From the NCBI GenBank assembly GCA_963727625.1, contig CAVSHR010000009.1, forward strand, positions 96,001-160,000: a DNA stretch of 64,000 nt, read 5' to 3'. A program made the translations under genes and the position numbers. Position 1 is the stretch's first letter, and each line of letters begins with the position of its first letter. Under the pieces are notes generated by a model. That model ran no database searches, had not been told where the DNA came from, and saw nothing but the letters and a program-made list of their open reading frames with translations. Source of the stretch: an uncultured delta proteobacterium. Its GTDB lineage: Bacteria > Desulfobacterota > Binatia > UBA9968. Of the stretch, positions 18,003 through 26,553 are shown piece by piece.

Positions 18003-18338
18003 ATGAATGACGATCACGGGTCCCGGCAAGGGAACAAGTGTTTTAAGACAGGCGTGTTCGGGACAATTATCGCAGCCATTTGTTGCGCCACCCCTGTCCT
18101 GGCGGTTGCGTTGGCTTCTATAGGCTTGGCGGTCATAGTGCCGAAACTTGATTACGTTCTCCTTCCTGCGCTGCTGATTTTCCTGCTTCTGGCTCTTTAC
18201 GGATTGCGAAAGGGAAGACATGACGGAGACCACCCGAAATGGAGATTGAATCCCCGAACTGTTGTTCAACAGCCGGTCCCGAAACGGTCGAGGACCATTG
18301 CCCGCGTTGTGCCGGCAAAGGAAAGACCGTTTCGCTGA
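18003..18338 (+). CDS. merF: MerF-like transporter with extended C-terminus
   Basis: GTIIAAICCATPVL...LDYVLLPALLIF matches the MerF pattern; GAGGAGG RBS. Confidence 0.8.
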   Translation: MNDDHGSRQGNKCFKTGVFGTIIAAICCATPVLAVALASIGLAVIVPKLDYVLLPALLIFLLLALYGLRKGRHDGDHPKWRLNPRTVVQQPVPKRSRTIARVVPAKERPFR

Positions 18339-18703
18339 TAACTGTTGGGTCAATGGCGAAAACTTCGGTAGAGGCCTGCAAACTCGCCCGGTCATCATAC
18401 CAGCTCTGCCACAATCCCGATTGCTCGGTCGTGTATTTTGCCCCTGGAATTACAATACAAAAAACAGAGCTTCGGGTTCCCGTCAACTTCAAGGAAAAAA
18501 ACTACGACGGCCCTGTCTGTTATTGTTTCAATCACACCGTGGCGAGCATCAGAGCGGAAATTCAATCCACCGGTCGTTCCACAGTCCAAACGGCGATCAC
18601 CAAGGAAATACAAGCGGGGCGTTGCGCCTGCGAGGTCAAGAACCCGGCTGGCTCATGTTGCTTGGGGGATATCACACGGGCTGTGCGAGCTGTGGTTGTT
18701 TAG
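18239..18703 (+). CDS. Cys-rich CopZ N-terminal-like Zn/[2Fe-2S] (BFD-like) protein
   Basis: CPRC, CHNPDCSVVYF, VCYCF, CACEVKNPAGSCC. Confidence 0.82.
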   Translation: MEIESPNCCSTAGPETVEDHCPRCAGKGKTVSLITVGSMAKTSVEACKLARSSYQLCHNPDCSVVYFAPGITIQKTELRVPVNFKEKNYDGPVCYCFNHTVASIRAEIQSTGRSTVQTAITKEIQAGRCACEVKNPAGSCCLGDITRAVRAVVV

Positions 18704-18862
18704 TATGCGGAGACTCGTCTGGGGTACGCGTTGAACGACGGTGATAGTCGTCTTCAACCTGTTGATAGGTTAGAAACAATGCTATCCGATTGGAGTGTTT
18801 GACTCTCACATTTTCACAATTAAGAAAAAATTATCCAAGAATTCTAAATATTTAGTATTACG

Positions 18863-18926
18863 CGCGCCGGACTCAAAATCCGGTAGGGGAAATCCTGTGC
18901 GGGTTCAAGTCCCGCCTCCGGCACCA
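18863..18926 (+). repeat. attR: duplicated 3' part of tRNA-Leu
   Basis: 63/64 identical to 5407-5470; preceded by an AT-rich tract. Confidence 0.93.
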
Positions 18927-19024
18927 ATCTTCGCTCTATCCGCTGCAAATCCGCCCGTCCACCCGGGACCTATTCAAAAAGTGCCGTTCGCTGCTATATT
19001 GAGATCCAATCCAGGAGGACGACG

Positions 19025-20146
19025 ATGGCAAAAAACGGTTTTAAGATCCTCGATAGCGATATGCACATCATGGAACCGCCGGATCTCTGGGAGCGCTACA
19101 TCGATCGGAAATTCAAAGCGCGCGCGCCGCGCGGGGTGACCAGCAGTAACGTGCGCGACCTCCGCATGGTCTATCCGGACGGCCGGGATTGGGCGCGCAC
19201 CACGACCCGGAAAAATGATTCGGCGCGCGGCCACAACTTCGAACGCAACCAGAGCGTTTATCGCGCCGACGCCGAGCGCGGCTGGACGCCGCAAATTCAG
19301 CTGGAAGCTATGGACATCGAGGGCATCGATGTCGCCGTGCTCTATCCGACGCGCGGCCTGCGCGCGCTCGTCGTCGAGGACATGGATGCGGAGTTCGCCG
19401 CCGCACTGGCGCGAGCTTACAACGATTGGCTCCATGATTTTTGCAAATTGGCGCCCAATCGTCTGATCGGCTCCGGGATGATTTCGCCTTACGACATGAA
19501 TGATGCAATCTCGGAAGCGCGCCGTTGTGCCGAGCAACTCGGTTTTCGCGCGGTATTTCTTCGCGCCAATCCCTTGGTTAACCATCAGTGGCATGACGAC
19601 TACTACACGCCGCTGTGGAACGCTTTGGAGGGGTTAAATCTCGCCCTGGGATTTCACGAATCCACCGGCACCGGCAAGCGGCAGATCGGCGAGCGGCTGG
19701 AACCGAATCTGATGCTGCGCCGAGTCTATGCGCAACCGATGGAGCAAATGTTGGCGCTCGGCAGTTTTTGCGCCGGCGGCGTGCTGGCGCGTCACCCGCG
19801 GCTGCGGGTAGCTTTCTTGGAAGCCAACTGCAGCTGGCTACCGTGGTTGCTATGGCGCTTGGATGAGGGCTGGGAACGCGAAGGGGATGTTTGGGCCCCT
19901 GACTTAAAAGCAGCGCCGAGCGAATATTTTAAACGGCAGTGCGTGGTGTCCGTGGAGCCGGACGAGACCACGGTCAAACAAGCGATCGATTATCTTGGCG
20001 GCAGAGGCATTGTGTTTTCCACCGACTATCCGCATGGCGATTCGAAATATCCGGAAGCGGTGAATCATTTTTTGAAACTGCCGATCACCGAGTCTGACAA
20101 ACGGAAGATCCTCTGGGACAATTGCGCGGCCTATTACGCAATGTAA
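19025..20146 (+). CDS. Amidohydro_2 family metallohydrolase/decarboxylase
   Basis: DSDMH, FHE, FLEA, FSTDYPHGD. Confidence 0.9.
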   Translation: MAKNGFKILDSDMHIMEPPDLWERYIDRKFKARAPRGVTSSNVRDLRMVYPDGRDWARTTTRKNDSARGHNFERNQSVYRADAERGWTPQIQLEAMDIEGIDVAVLYPTRGLRALVVEDMDAEFAAALARAYNDWLHDFCKLAPNRLIGSGMISPYDMNDAISEARRCAEQLGFRAVFLRANPLVNHQWHDDYYTPLWNALEGLNLALGFHESTGTGKRQIGERLEPNLMLRRVYAQPMEQMLALGSFCAGGVLARHPRLRVAFLEANCSWLPWLLWRLDEGWEREGDVWAPDLKAAPSEYFKRQCVVSVEPDETTVKQAIDYLGGRGIVFSTDYPHGDSKYPEAVNHFLKLPITESDKRKILWDNCAAYYAM

Positions 20147-20166
20147 ACCGCGCCGACTGTTGGAAA

Positions 20167-20204
20167 TCGCGGAGCCGCTCCGATTTTCCGGAGTGGCTCC
20201 GCGA
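20167..20204. terminator. hairpin terminator between convergent genes
   Basis: TCGCGGAGCCGCTCCG-loop-CGGAGTGGCTCCGCGA. Confidence 0.75.
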
Positions 20205-20209
20205 CGAAT

Positions 20210-20320
20210 TTATCGGCGGTAGTAGCTGTCGGAATAATTATGCCGGCGATGACCCCAGTGACAGCCCGCCACCGTGATCAGCCCGAAAGTTAACAGGGCA
20301 AATAGAGCCATGGTTTTCAT
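20210..20320 (-). CDS. 36-aa putative lipoprotein
   Basis: AGGAGA RBS; MKTMALFALLTFGLITVAG-CHWGHRRHNYSDSYYRR; lipobox VAGC. Confidence 0.7.
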   Translation of the reverse strand: MKTMALFALLTFGLITVAGCHWGHRRHNYSDSYYRR

Positions 20321-20404
20321 ATTCTCTCCTTTCTCCGCGGTCCGGTTCGCCTAGACTTCACCGAAGCATTTCGTCCACGAATCTTGTTTCCTGCCTCTGT
20401 CTTT

Positions 20405-20433
20405 TTAGACGAACGCGGCAAGCGTTTGTGACA
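20405..20433 (-). promoter_or_regulatory. putative ECF sigma promoter
   Basis: TGTCAC-N16-CGTCTAA, same architecture as the motif before the ECF gene. Confidence 0.6.
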
Positions 20434-20499
20434 ATCACAAATCAGATGATTAACGGAAACCCTGGAGAGATAAACGCCATGAATCAATTTGTTGCCGAT

Positions 20500-20529
20500 A
20501 AAATAGCCGGGTGTTGACCCGGCGCTTTT
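20500..20529. terminator. intrinsic terminator downstream of the ECF operon
   Basis: GCCGGGT-GTTG-ACCCGGC flanked by A and T tracts. Confidence 0.6.
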
Positions 20530-20740
20530 GGAAATGGGTAAGAGGGTTCGAAAACCAAGACAAGAACTGCGACGGGAATTTTACCGGCGAGTCACAAAGC
20601 CGCATCGAGCCCGGCGACAATGCAAAACGCACCGCCGGCCGCAGAGTGAGTCGAACTGCCGCAAGACCATGAATCAGCGGCGCCACCGCAGCAACCAAGA
20701 ATCACGATTCCCTATGGGTCTGTACGGTGAGGTGAAAGGC

Positions 20741-21031
20741 TCAATCTCGATCGCGGTCACGGTTGCGGTCGCGGTCGCGCCGCTCATCGTCGAAACGCTG
20801 TTTGAGTCGATCGCGTCGATCCTTCGGAAGATTCTGCCAACGATGCCACTCTTCGCGCAGGTGTTGTTTATCTTTGGGCGGAAGATCTTGCCAGCGTTGG
20901 TAGTTCCGCAAAATTCTGTCTTTTTCGCGCGGCGACAGATTGCGCCAATTGTCGCTTGCCGTCCACGCATTGTTGACGGCTAGGAGCAAAAACGATCCGA
21001 GAACTAAAATTGAAACAATTCGCTTTTTCAT
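20741..21031 (-). CDS. DUF3106-like secreted protein
   Basis: signal peptide; W-x-x-L-(S/P)-P/K repeats; RD-rich tail. Confidence 0.75.
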   Translation of the reverse strand: MKKRIVSILVLGSFLLLAVNNAWTASDNWRNLSPREKDRILRNYQRWQDLPPKDKQHLREEWHRWQNLPKDRRDRLKQRFDDERRDRDRNRDRDRD

Positions 21032-21060
21032 CGCGTGATCTACTCGCTGTTTACATCCAG

Positions 21061-21621
21061 CTAGGCTACGCCATTTCCCAATCCAGCTCGGCTGGAGTCG
21101 CTGATCGGCGCGTCTGTAGTCTGGTCGTCTTGAGCCTCCAGTTTGCTCAGTGACTCGAGGATGTCCATGGACTCGAAAAATTCCAACTGGCTTCTATCGG
21201 TTATAATCTCCTGGGGAATTTGTTCCTGTCGCGGTTCAACAAACAGCTTGAGGTTTCCTTTGCCAAATACCAGGCCGATAACCAGTACCGCTACCGCAAC
21301 CGTGCCGAAGGCCGGCACCAGCCAAGTCCGCATCGGCGGAAACAGAGATTGCCACCAGGACTTTTGCTCGTCCTGCTCGGCCAGTTTAGACAGCGTTTCG
21401 CGGTAGTAATTATCCCAGAAAGTTTGCGGCATCTCCTCGGCGCGGGTTATCTGCGGCAGCAAACCGCGCAGATCGTCAAGAAAACGCCGGCAGGAATGGC
21501 AACCGGAAAGATGCTTTTCCACGTGGCGCCGCTCGTCCTCGCTGTTCTCGCCGTAGTAGTGGAGAACTAGATCCTCTTCGTATTGCTTGCAGGCGCTTTC
21601 CAGCGGCTCGATGGTATTCAT
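21061..21621 (-). CDS. zf-HC2 anti-sigma factor
   Basis: HLSGCHSC (HxxxCxxC), single TM, follows the ECF sigma gene. Confidence 0.88.
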   Translation of the reverse strand: MNTIEPLESACKQYEEDLVLHYYGENSEDERRHVEKHLSGCHSCRRFLDDLRGLLPQITRAEEMPQTFWDNYYRETLSKLAEQDEQKSWWQSLFPPMRTWLVPAFGTVAVAVLVIGLVFGKGNLKLFVEPRQEQIPQEIITDRSQLEFFESMDILESLSKLEAQDDQTTDAPISDSSRAGLGNGVA

Positions 21622-21632
21622 ATACTTTCTCC

Positions 21633-22208
21633 CTAAACGAACTCGACGAGACTTTGACGCAAGGCGGCGACCGCGCGATGGAGATATACGCGCACCGTAC
21701 CCTCCGTCGTTTTCATCACCTTGGCGACGTCCGCGATCGATAAACCTTGATGGTTTCTTAACAAAAAAGCCGTGCGTTGTTTCTTCGGCATATCTTCCAA
21801 GGTTTTGTCCACTCTTCTTTTGGTCTCACCGGCGATCGCATGTTGATCCGGCGCGAAGGTTGAGTCGGCGAACTGGCTTTGCTCCCCTGAGTCTTCGGTC
21901 ATTTTCTCAAGTGACTCCCAAACCACGCGGCGACGGCGACGGGCATAGTCTAAACAAATATTGACTACGATCCGGTAAAACCAAGTATAAAAGCTCGACC
22001 TCCCGTCAAACTGTTTAATATTCGCGAAGGCGCGCAGAAATGCATCCTGTGACAGATCCTTGGCCATCTCGGTATCGCGCGTGAAACCGAAGGCGATATG
22101 AAACGCCTTTTCCATATAGCGGCGCACGAGGATTTCGAAACACTCGCGCTTGCCTTGTTGAGACAAAGCGACCAGCTCTTCGTCGCGCAATTCTTGATGG
22201 TCGACCAT
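21633..22208 (-). CDS. ECF RNA polymerase sigma factor
   Basis: AKDLSQDAFLRAF, SSFYTWFYRIVVN, region-4 HTH GTVRVYLHRA. Confidence 0.93.
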   Translation of the reverse strand: MVDHQELRDEELVALSQQGKRECFEILVRRYMEKAFHIAFGFTRDTEMAKDLSQDAFLRAFANIKQFDGRSSFYTWFYRIVVNICLDYARRRRRVVWESLEKMTEDSGEQSQFADSTFAPDQHAIAGETKRRVDKTLEDMPKKQRTAFLLRNHQGLSIADVAKVMKTTEGTVRVYLHRAVAALRQSLVEFV

Positions 22209-22247
22209 ATCTAACTCGCCGTGGGATCGATCACGCCTTACGAACCT

Positions 22248-22277
22248 TTAGACGCCAAATGACGGCAAAGGTTAACA
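22248..22277 (-). promoter_or_regulatory. putative autoregulatory ECF promoter
   Basis: TGTTAAC-N16-CGTCTAA about 40 bp before the ATG. Confidence 0.65.
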
Positions 22278-22385
22278 GTCTGGTGAAATTTCGCCGGAGA
22301 AAGCTAAGGTGTCAAAAATAGAAAGGAATACTGCAAGAAGCAGTATCCCCGGCCGACCAGGGAACGAGGGCCAGGAATGACGGCG

Positions 22386-22823
22386 TTACTGGCCGGTCGA
22401 CAGGGCGATGACGTCTTCGATAATGTCGAGAATCCGGTTGGTGCGCCGGTCGAGCAGAATTACGTCCCGTTCCACGATTACCCGCTCCCAATAGTCAGGT
22501 AGCCGCGGCAACCGCCGGCTCAAGTCGCCTGGTAGAGGTTCGAGCCGTTTCTGTAGGCCAGGCGGCAACTGACCATTTTTTTCCAGATGTTTTTGCAGCC
22601 CCGGCGGAAGATTACCGCCGCGCTTGGCCAACCCCGGGGGCAGCCCCTTCGATTTACCTTTCTTCTTTTTTTCGGGACGATAGTATTCCTTAATAATGCG
22701 CCGCTCGTCATCGAGAAAATGCGCCGGCCTATCACGATCCCGTGCCTGTACCGGCCCGCGTTCCAACAGGGTCGCAGCGCTGGCAAGCGAAAATAGGATG
22801 AAGGCTCGTCTCTGCTTAATCAC
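22386..22823 (-). CDS. secreted LPPGL-repeat protein (RcnB-like C-terminus)
   Basis: signal-like N-terminus; LPPGLAKR / LPPGLQK repeats. Confidence 0.7.
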   Translation of the reverse strand: MIKQRRAFILFSLASAATLLERGPVQARDRDRPAHFLDDERRIIKEYYRPEKKKKGKSKGLPPGLAKRGGNLPPGLQKHLEKNGQLPPGLQKRLEPLPGDLSRRLPRLPDYWERVIVERDVILLDRRTNRILDIIEDVIALSTGQ

Positions 22824-22862
22824 GCGAATTCGCCTCCCGTAGGTAAATATATGCTAGTCTAA

Positions 22863-23792
22863 CTATTTGTTGTGGCCTTTTCCATTTGCCACACCGTTAC
22901 CGTTGCCACCACCAGCCGAGACGATGCCGCCGTTCGCGCCGGCAGCGTTGCCGGAACCGGTGAAAATGCTGCTCCGATTGAGGCCGTAGGCGTTGCCATT
23001 ACCTTTGCCGGCGGCCGAGACAATTCCCGCGCCCGAGCCCTTGCCGCTGGAAATACCGTTTGAAGCGCCGCCGTTCGCCTTGCCGCTCGCCGAAACAATA
23101 CCGCGGTTGGACGAACCATTGGCCTTTCCGCTTGCAGTCTTCACACCGCTGCTTTTTGAAGCGGCGGCAGTCGTACTGGCCAAACTCCGATTAGCGCTCT
23201 TCATACTGGACATCACCGGCCCCAGCTTGAAGCCAAGTTTCTGCGCGATCTGCCCCCACCCCATCTTTTGACTGCGCATGGTGAGAATGCCCTGCAGATT
23301 GGATGTCGTCGTCGTAGCCGTGACACCGCTACCGGTCGTCTGGGTGATCGTGCCGCCGGTTAGCGCCGCCTGCAACTGTTCCGGAGTCGGCTGGGTAATA
23401 GGAGGATCTAAGCTAGCGAGCTGCTGTTTGGCCAGCGCAAGCGAGATGTAGACATTGCCGAATCCAATGGGTCCCGTCGGCGGGGCAATCACGGTCGTAG
23501 TTATCGTAGTTACCGGCAACCCACCCGGGATCGGACTTGGCGTTGTGGTCGTCGAAGTTAAATTAATCGGCGTGCCGTTACGCAGTCCGGTTACTACGGC
23601 ATTTGCATCGGAGCCGAGAAACGAATTGAAATCGCTACTAATCTTGTTGGTCACGTTAGTCTGACCCGGGCTCGAGGTTACATTATTCATCGTCGTGACC
23701 TGGTTGTTTAACTCCCCGGCCGTTTGGGCAAATGCCAAACCGGGCGCGCCGGCGACTAGTCCAAAAGTCAAAGCGATCGCAGAAATCTTCAT
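22863..23792 (-). CDS. secreted Thr/Gly/Ser-rich protein
   Basis: AFA signal; MGWGQIAQKLG motif; repeated GIVSA(S/A)GK low-complexity tail. Confidence 0.75.
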   Translation of the reverse strand: MKISAIALTFGLVAGAPGLAFAQTAGELNNQVTTMNNVTSSPGQTNVTNKISSDFNSFLGSDANAVVTGLRNGTPINLTSTTTTPSPIPGGLPVTTITTTVIAPPTGPIGFGNVYISLALAKQQLASLDPPITQPTPEQLQAALTGGTITQTTGSGVTATTTTSNLQGILTMRSQKMGWGQIAQKLGFKLGPVMSSMKSANRSLASTTAAASKSSGVKTASGKANGSSNRGIVSASGKANGGASNGISSGKGSGAGIVSAAGKGNGNAYGLNRSSIFTGSGNAAGANGGIVSAGGGNGNGVANGKGHNK

Positions 23793-23812
23793 AAACTTTC
23801 CTCCAAAGGTGC

Positions 23813-24241
23813 TCAGCCCACACCCAAAGCTCGTTCCGTTTGAATGATAATTTCAGTGGCCGTGGCCCGGTCTTTAAAAAACAATCCTTGCTTCGCCACC
23901 GTGCGGATCCGGGTTGTCCGAGGACTGATCCTTTCCAATTCGATCTCGATCTCACGATCCAAGGTCACAGCCTTGATCGCTTTCCCCTGTTCGATCTTTG
24001 AAGTCGCTTCGATCTTGATGCCCATGCGATCCAGAGCCGTTCGGGTTGCGGTTTCCACCTGCGGCAACGGGGCTGTGAAGGTGCGATACGCTATGCCATC
24101 CAACGTGTATGCCACCGAGGTGCCGGTCGTGACCCCCGCACCCACGCCGAACAGCGTCAAACCGACGCCCGCGCAACTTTGCAAGAGGAGAAGTGAAGTG
24201 AGAAAAACGACCCCACGGAATCGATGGTTTAGGTTAGTCAT
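23813..24241 (-). CDS. DUF3568-like lipoprotein
   Basis: LQSC lipobox then GVGAGV glycine stretch; D-ATA-EII C-terminus. Confidence 0.7.
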   Translation of the reverse strand: MTNLNHRFRGVVFLTSLLLLQSCAGVGLTLFGVGAGVTTGTSVAYTLDGIAYRTFTAPLPQVETATRTALDRMGIKIEATSKIEQGKAIKAVTLDREIEIELERISPRTTRIRTVAKQGLFFKDRATATEIIIQTERALGVG

Positions 24242-24254
24242 GGGACTAACCCTA

Positions 24255-24270
24255 GGCAATTAACGAGCCA
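24255..24270 (-). promoter_or_regulatory. sigma54 promoter
   Basis: TGGCTCGTTAATTGCC = GG-N10-GC, close to consensus TGGCACG-N4-TTGC. Confidence 0.65.
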
Positions 24271-24417
24271 ACTCCTGCGAGATGGCTAATAACGGAAAGT
24301 TTGGAAGGATTTTGTCCTCGGGAGCGGTTTCTTGGGCGCTACCACAGCCAAAAATGTCAATCGATAGGTAATTTTTCCCTGGCTCGGGCCCGGGGCGTGA
24401 TCGCGGTTGGCAGCGGG

Positions 24418-25071
24418 CTAATGAGTGGTGATGCCGGTAATCTTGATGCTGCCGTGTTTGGACTTGTACTTGCGGTTGAGGGAAATGATGACGCCGGTAA
24501 GTCCTTCGATGACATAGGCGTTGCTGGCAGGCCCAGCGTCATAAGCCGTGGCGCCGATGCGCTGAATAATCTCCATCACTTTCTGCTTGGCTTCGGCGTT
24601 ATCGCCGCAAACCAGCACGTCGCCGAGCGGCGCATCGACGTCGCCCAAATCAACGGCAGAGATATTATGCAGCGCGCCGATCACCGGAGCTTCGTCGCCG
24701 ATGATCTGCTGCGCCTCCTGTAGTGCGGAGCCCGCCGCCGGCACGAACGGCTTTACTTTATTGAGCGGCACCACCGTGTTGATGACGATTTTACCCGCCA
24801 GTTGGCCTTTGAGATCGGTTACCATTGGCGCGTGACCTTCGTACGGCACTGCGATTACCACGAAATCGGCGTCCTTGACCGCCTCTCGATTGGTCCTGCC
24901 GATCATTTCGCCGAAGCGCAGTTTGGGCTGCAAGGTTGCGACGGCGTTCTTGGCCTTCTCCGCGTCACGTGAGCCGATGATAATTTTTACTCCAGGGGCG
25001 CTGAGCCTGAGCGCCAAGGCGCTGCCTAAATTGCCCGTGCCGCCGACGATCGCTACACTGAAATTTTCCAT
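24418..25071 (-). CDS. npdG: F420-dependent NADP oxidoreductase
   Basis: GGTGNLG, GSRDAEKA, VIAVPY; end of the cof operon. Confidence 0.85.
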   Translation of the reverse strand: MENFSVAIVGGTGNLGSALALRLSAPGVKIIIGSRDAEKAKNAVATLQPKLRFGEMIGRTNREAVKDADFVVIAVPYEGHAPMVTDLKGQLAGKIVINTVVPLNKVKPFVPAAGSALQEAQQIIGDEAPVIGALHNISAVDLGDVDAPLGDVLVCGDNAEAKQKVMEIIQRIGATAYDAGPASNAYVIEGLTGVIISLNRKYKSKHGSIKITGITTH

Positions 25072-25087
25072 ATTTTTTTATCCGGTG

Positions 25088-25840
25088 CTAACGAAAAAGA
25101 TCCTCTGTCTCGGGACGCAGGAGCTCTTTCACCGAACCTTCCTCCTTTTTGTCAATTTCATAGCCGCGCACGACGACGACTGGAACACCGTCGCGTTTAC
25201 CCATGACCAATTCCGCCGCAGCGGCAATTTCATCGGCGATCGCCGCTACCGCAGCCTTGAGTCGATAGCCGTAACGGTCGTTCAATCCTCTTTCGTCTTT
25301 GATCGCACCCATACCGGCAATGCCGACGGCGACGTCCACCGTGCCAAGACGCCAAGTCCGGCCGAAGCTGTCGCTGATAATCACAGCGGGTGATTTACCA
25401 GTGCAATTGGCGATGGTATCGCGAATCGCGCGCGCCGAACCATCCGGGTCGATCGGCAGCAAAGCGACTCGGCGCAACCCAATGTTGGATTGATCCACGC
25501 CGGCATTGGCGCAGACAAATCCATGGTGCGTTTCGACGATCAGAGCCCGGCCGCCGGTGCGAATCACTCTACGGCTTTCGCCGAGGATGACCTCGACCAG
25601 TTCCGGCTCTTTATCCAACTGTTCGGCCAACTCACGCGCCCGCTCCGACGGCGTTACGTCATCGAGACAGACCATACGTCCTTCGCTTTTGGAAACAATT
25701 TTCTGGGCGACCACTAAAACATCATCGTCGGCCAGCGCAAGCTCCTGGCGCGCGCAGGCGTCGCAGATCAGCGCGCCGATGGAATCACCGGCGTTGATTT
25801 CACCGATGCCTTCCACGCCGATCAACTCAAGCCGCTTCAT
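25088..25840 (-). CDS. cofE: F420-0:L-glutamate ligase
   Basis: AQKIVSKSEG, CANAGVDQSN, DSFGR, DLFR. Confidence 0.92.
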   Translation of the reverse strand: MKRLELIGVEGIGEINAGDSIGALICDACARQELALADDDVLVVAQKIVSKSEGRMVCLDDVTPSERARELAEQLDKEPELVEVILGESRRVIRTGGRALIVETHHGFVCANAGVDQSNIGLRRVALLPIDPDGSARAIRDTIANCTGKSPAVIISDSFGRTWRLGTVDVAVGIAGMGAIKDERGLNDRYGYRLKAAVAAIADEIAAAAELVMGKRDGVPVVVVRGYEIDKKEEGSVKELLRPETEDLFR

Positions 25841-26526
25841 AGGCTCTCGGAGCGCCTATGGCCTCGCGCCACTTGTTCCGCCATCAACCGCCGCGCCACC
25901 CGCGTCGCTTCGCCATCGGCGAGATCATAGGTCAAAAACCGTTCGAGATCTTTCGGTTCGTCTATATCGAGCGCGATATGCTCGTTCTCGAAGCAACGGA
26001 CCGGCAATCCCTGGGCGCGCACCTGAGCCAGGTGAAAATTGAAACTGTCGTGGCCGAAGCGCAGCTCAATGATGTCCGGCGGCGCCAGCAGCAGCGCATT
26101 GGTACCCAAGCGGTCATGGGACGGCACGAGCATAGCAAAGGGCGCCGATGCATCATCGGGAACTTGCGCCATAACCACTTCCAGATCTGCGGCACGCACC
26201 AACGGCATGTCGCCGGGGATGATCATTACGCCCTCGCACCCCGCCCGCTTCAATTCCAAACGGGCGAAATCCACCGCGCCGGTCTCGCCGGTTTCCGCGC
26301 TCTCCCGAATCACTTCAGCGCCGGCGGTTAAAGCCATGCTGGCGACCTTGTCGTCGCCGGTCACAACGAAAGTTGCGGCGATGCCCCGCACCATCCTTGC
26401 CTGGGTCAAAACATCGTGGAACATCGCTTTAGCCAAAAGTTCGCGCGCGGCGCAGCTCAGGATCGGGCTCAAGCGCTGCTTCGCGTTGCGGAAGCCTTTA
26501 ACGGGAATCAATGCGACAACATTCAT
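25837..26526 (-). CDS. cofC: 2-phospho-L-lactate/PEP guanylyltransferase
   Basis: IPVKGFRNAKQRL, GTNALL, FGHDSF, DIDEPKDL. Confidence 0.92.
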   Translation of the reverse strand: MNVVALIPVKGFRNAKQRLSPILSCAARELLAKAMFHDVLTQARMVRGIAATFVVTGDDKVASMALTAGAEVIRESAETGETGAVDFARLELKRAGCEGVMIIPGDMPLVRAADLEVVMAQVPDDASAPFAMLVPSHDRLGTNALLLAPPDIIELRFGHDSFNFHLAQVRAQGLPVRCFENEHIALDIDEPKDLERFLTYDLADGEATRVARRLMAEQVARGHRRSESL

Positions 26527-26553
26527 GGGCAGTCCGAAAACAGATTCTCTAGA

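Larger units (their letters stand above)
5407..18926. mobile_element. genomic island integrated at tRNA-Leu(CAA)
   Basis: 64-bp direct repeat of the tRNA 3' part at both ends with 1 mismatch; interior has low-GC genes, IS elements, an integrase stub and metal-resistance cargo. Confidence 0.9.

Noticed and set aside
18730-18776. attC-like integron site
   Set aside because: Imperfect hairpins only, too short, no integron integrase; more likely a terminator
18795-18926. Second tRNA-Leu gene, and ORFs 5286-5471, 5297-5674 and 18795-19139
   Set aside because: The copy lacks the 5' acceptor strand and D-arm, so it is attR; the ORFs are translations through tRNA sequence
20528-20983. ORFs 20528-20983 (+), 20450-20698 (-) and a Cys/Gly-rich 37-codon minus frame
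   Set aside because: No clear RBS or motif; partly antisense to the DUF3106-like gene
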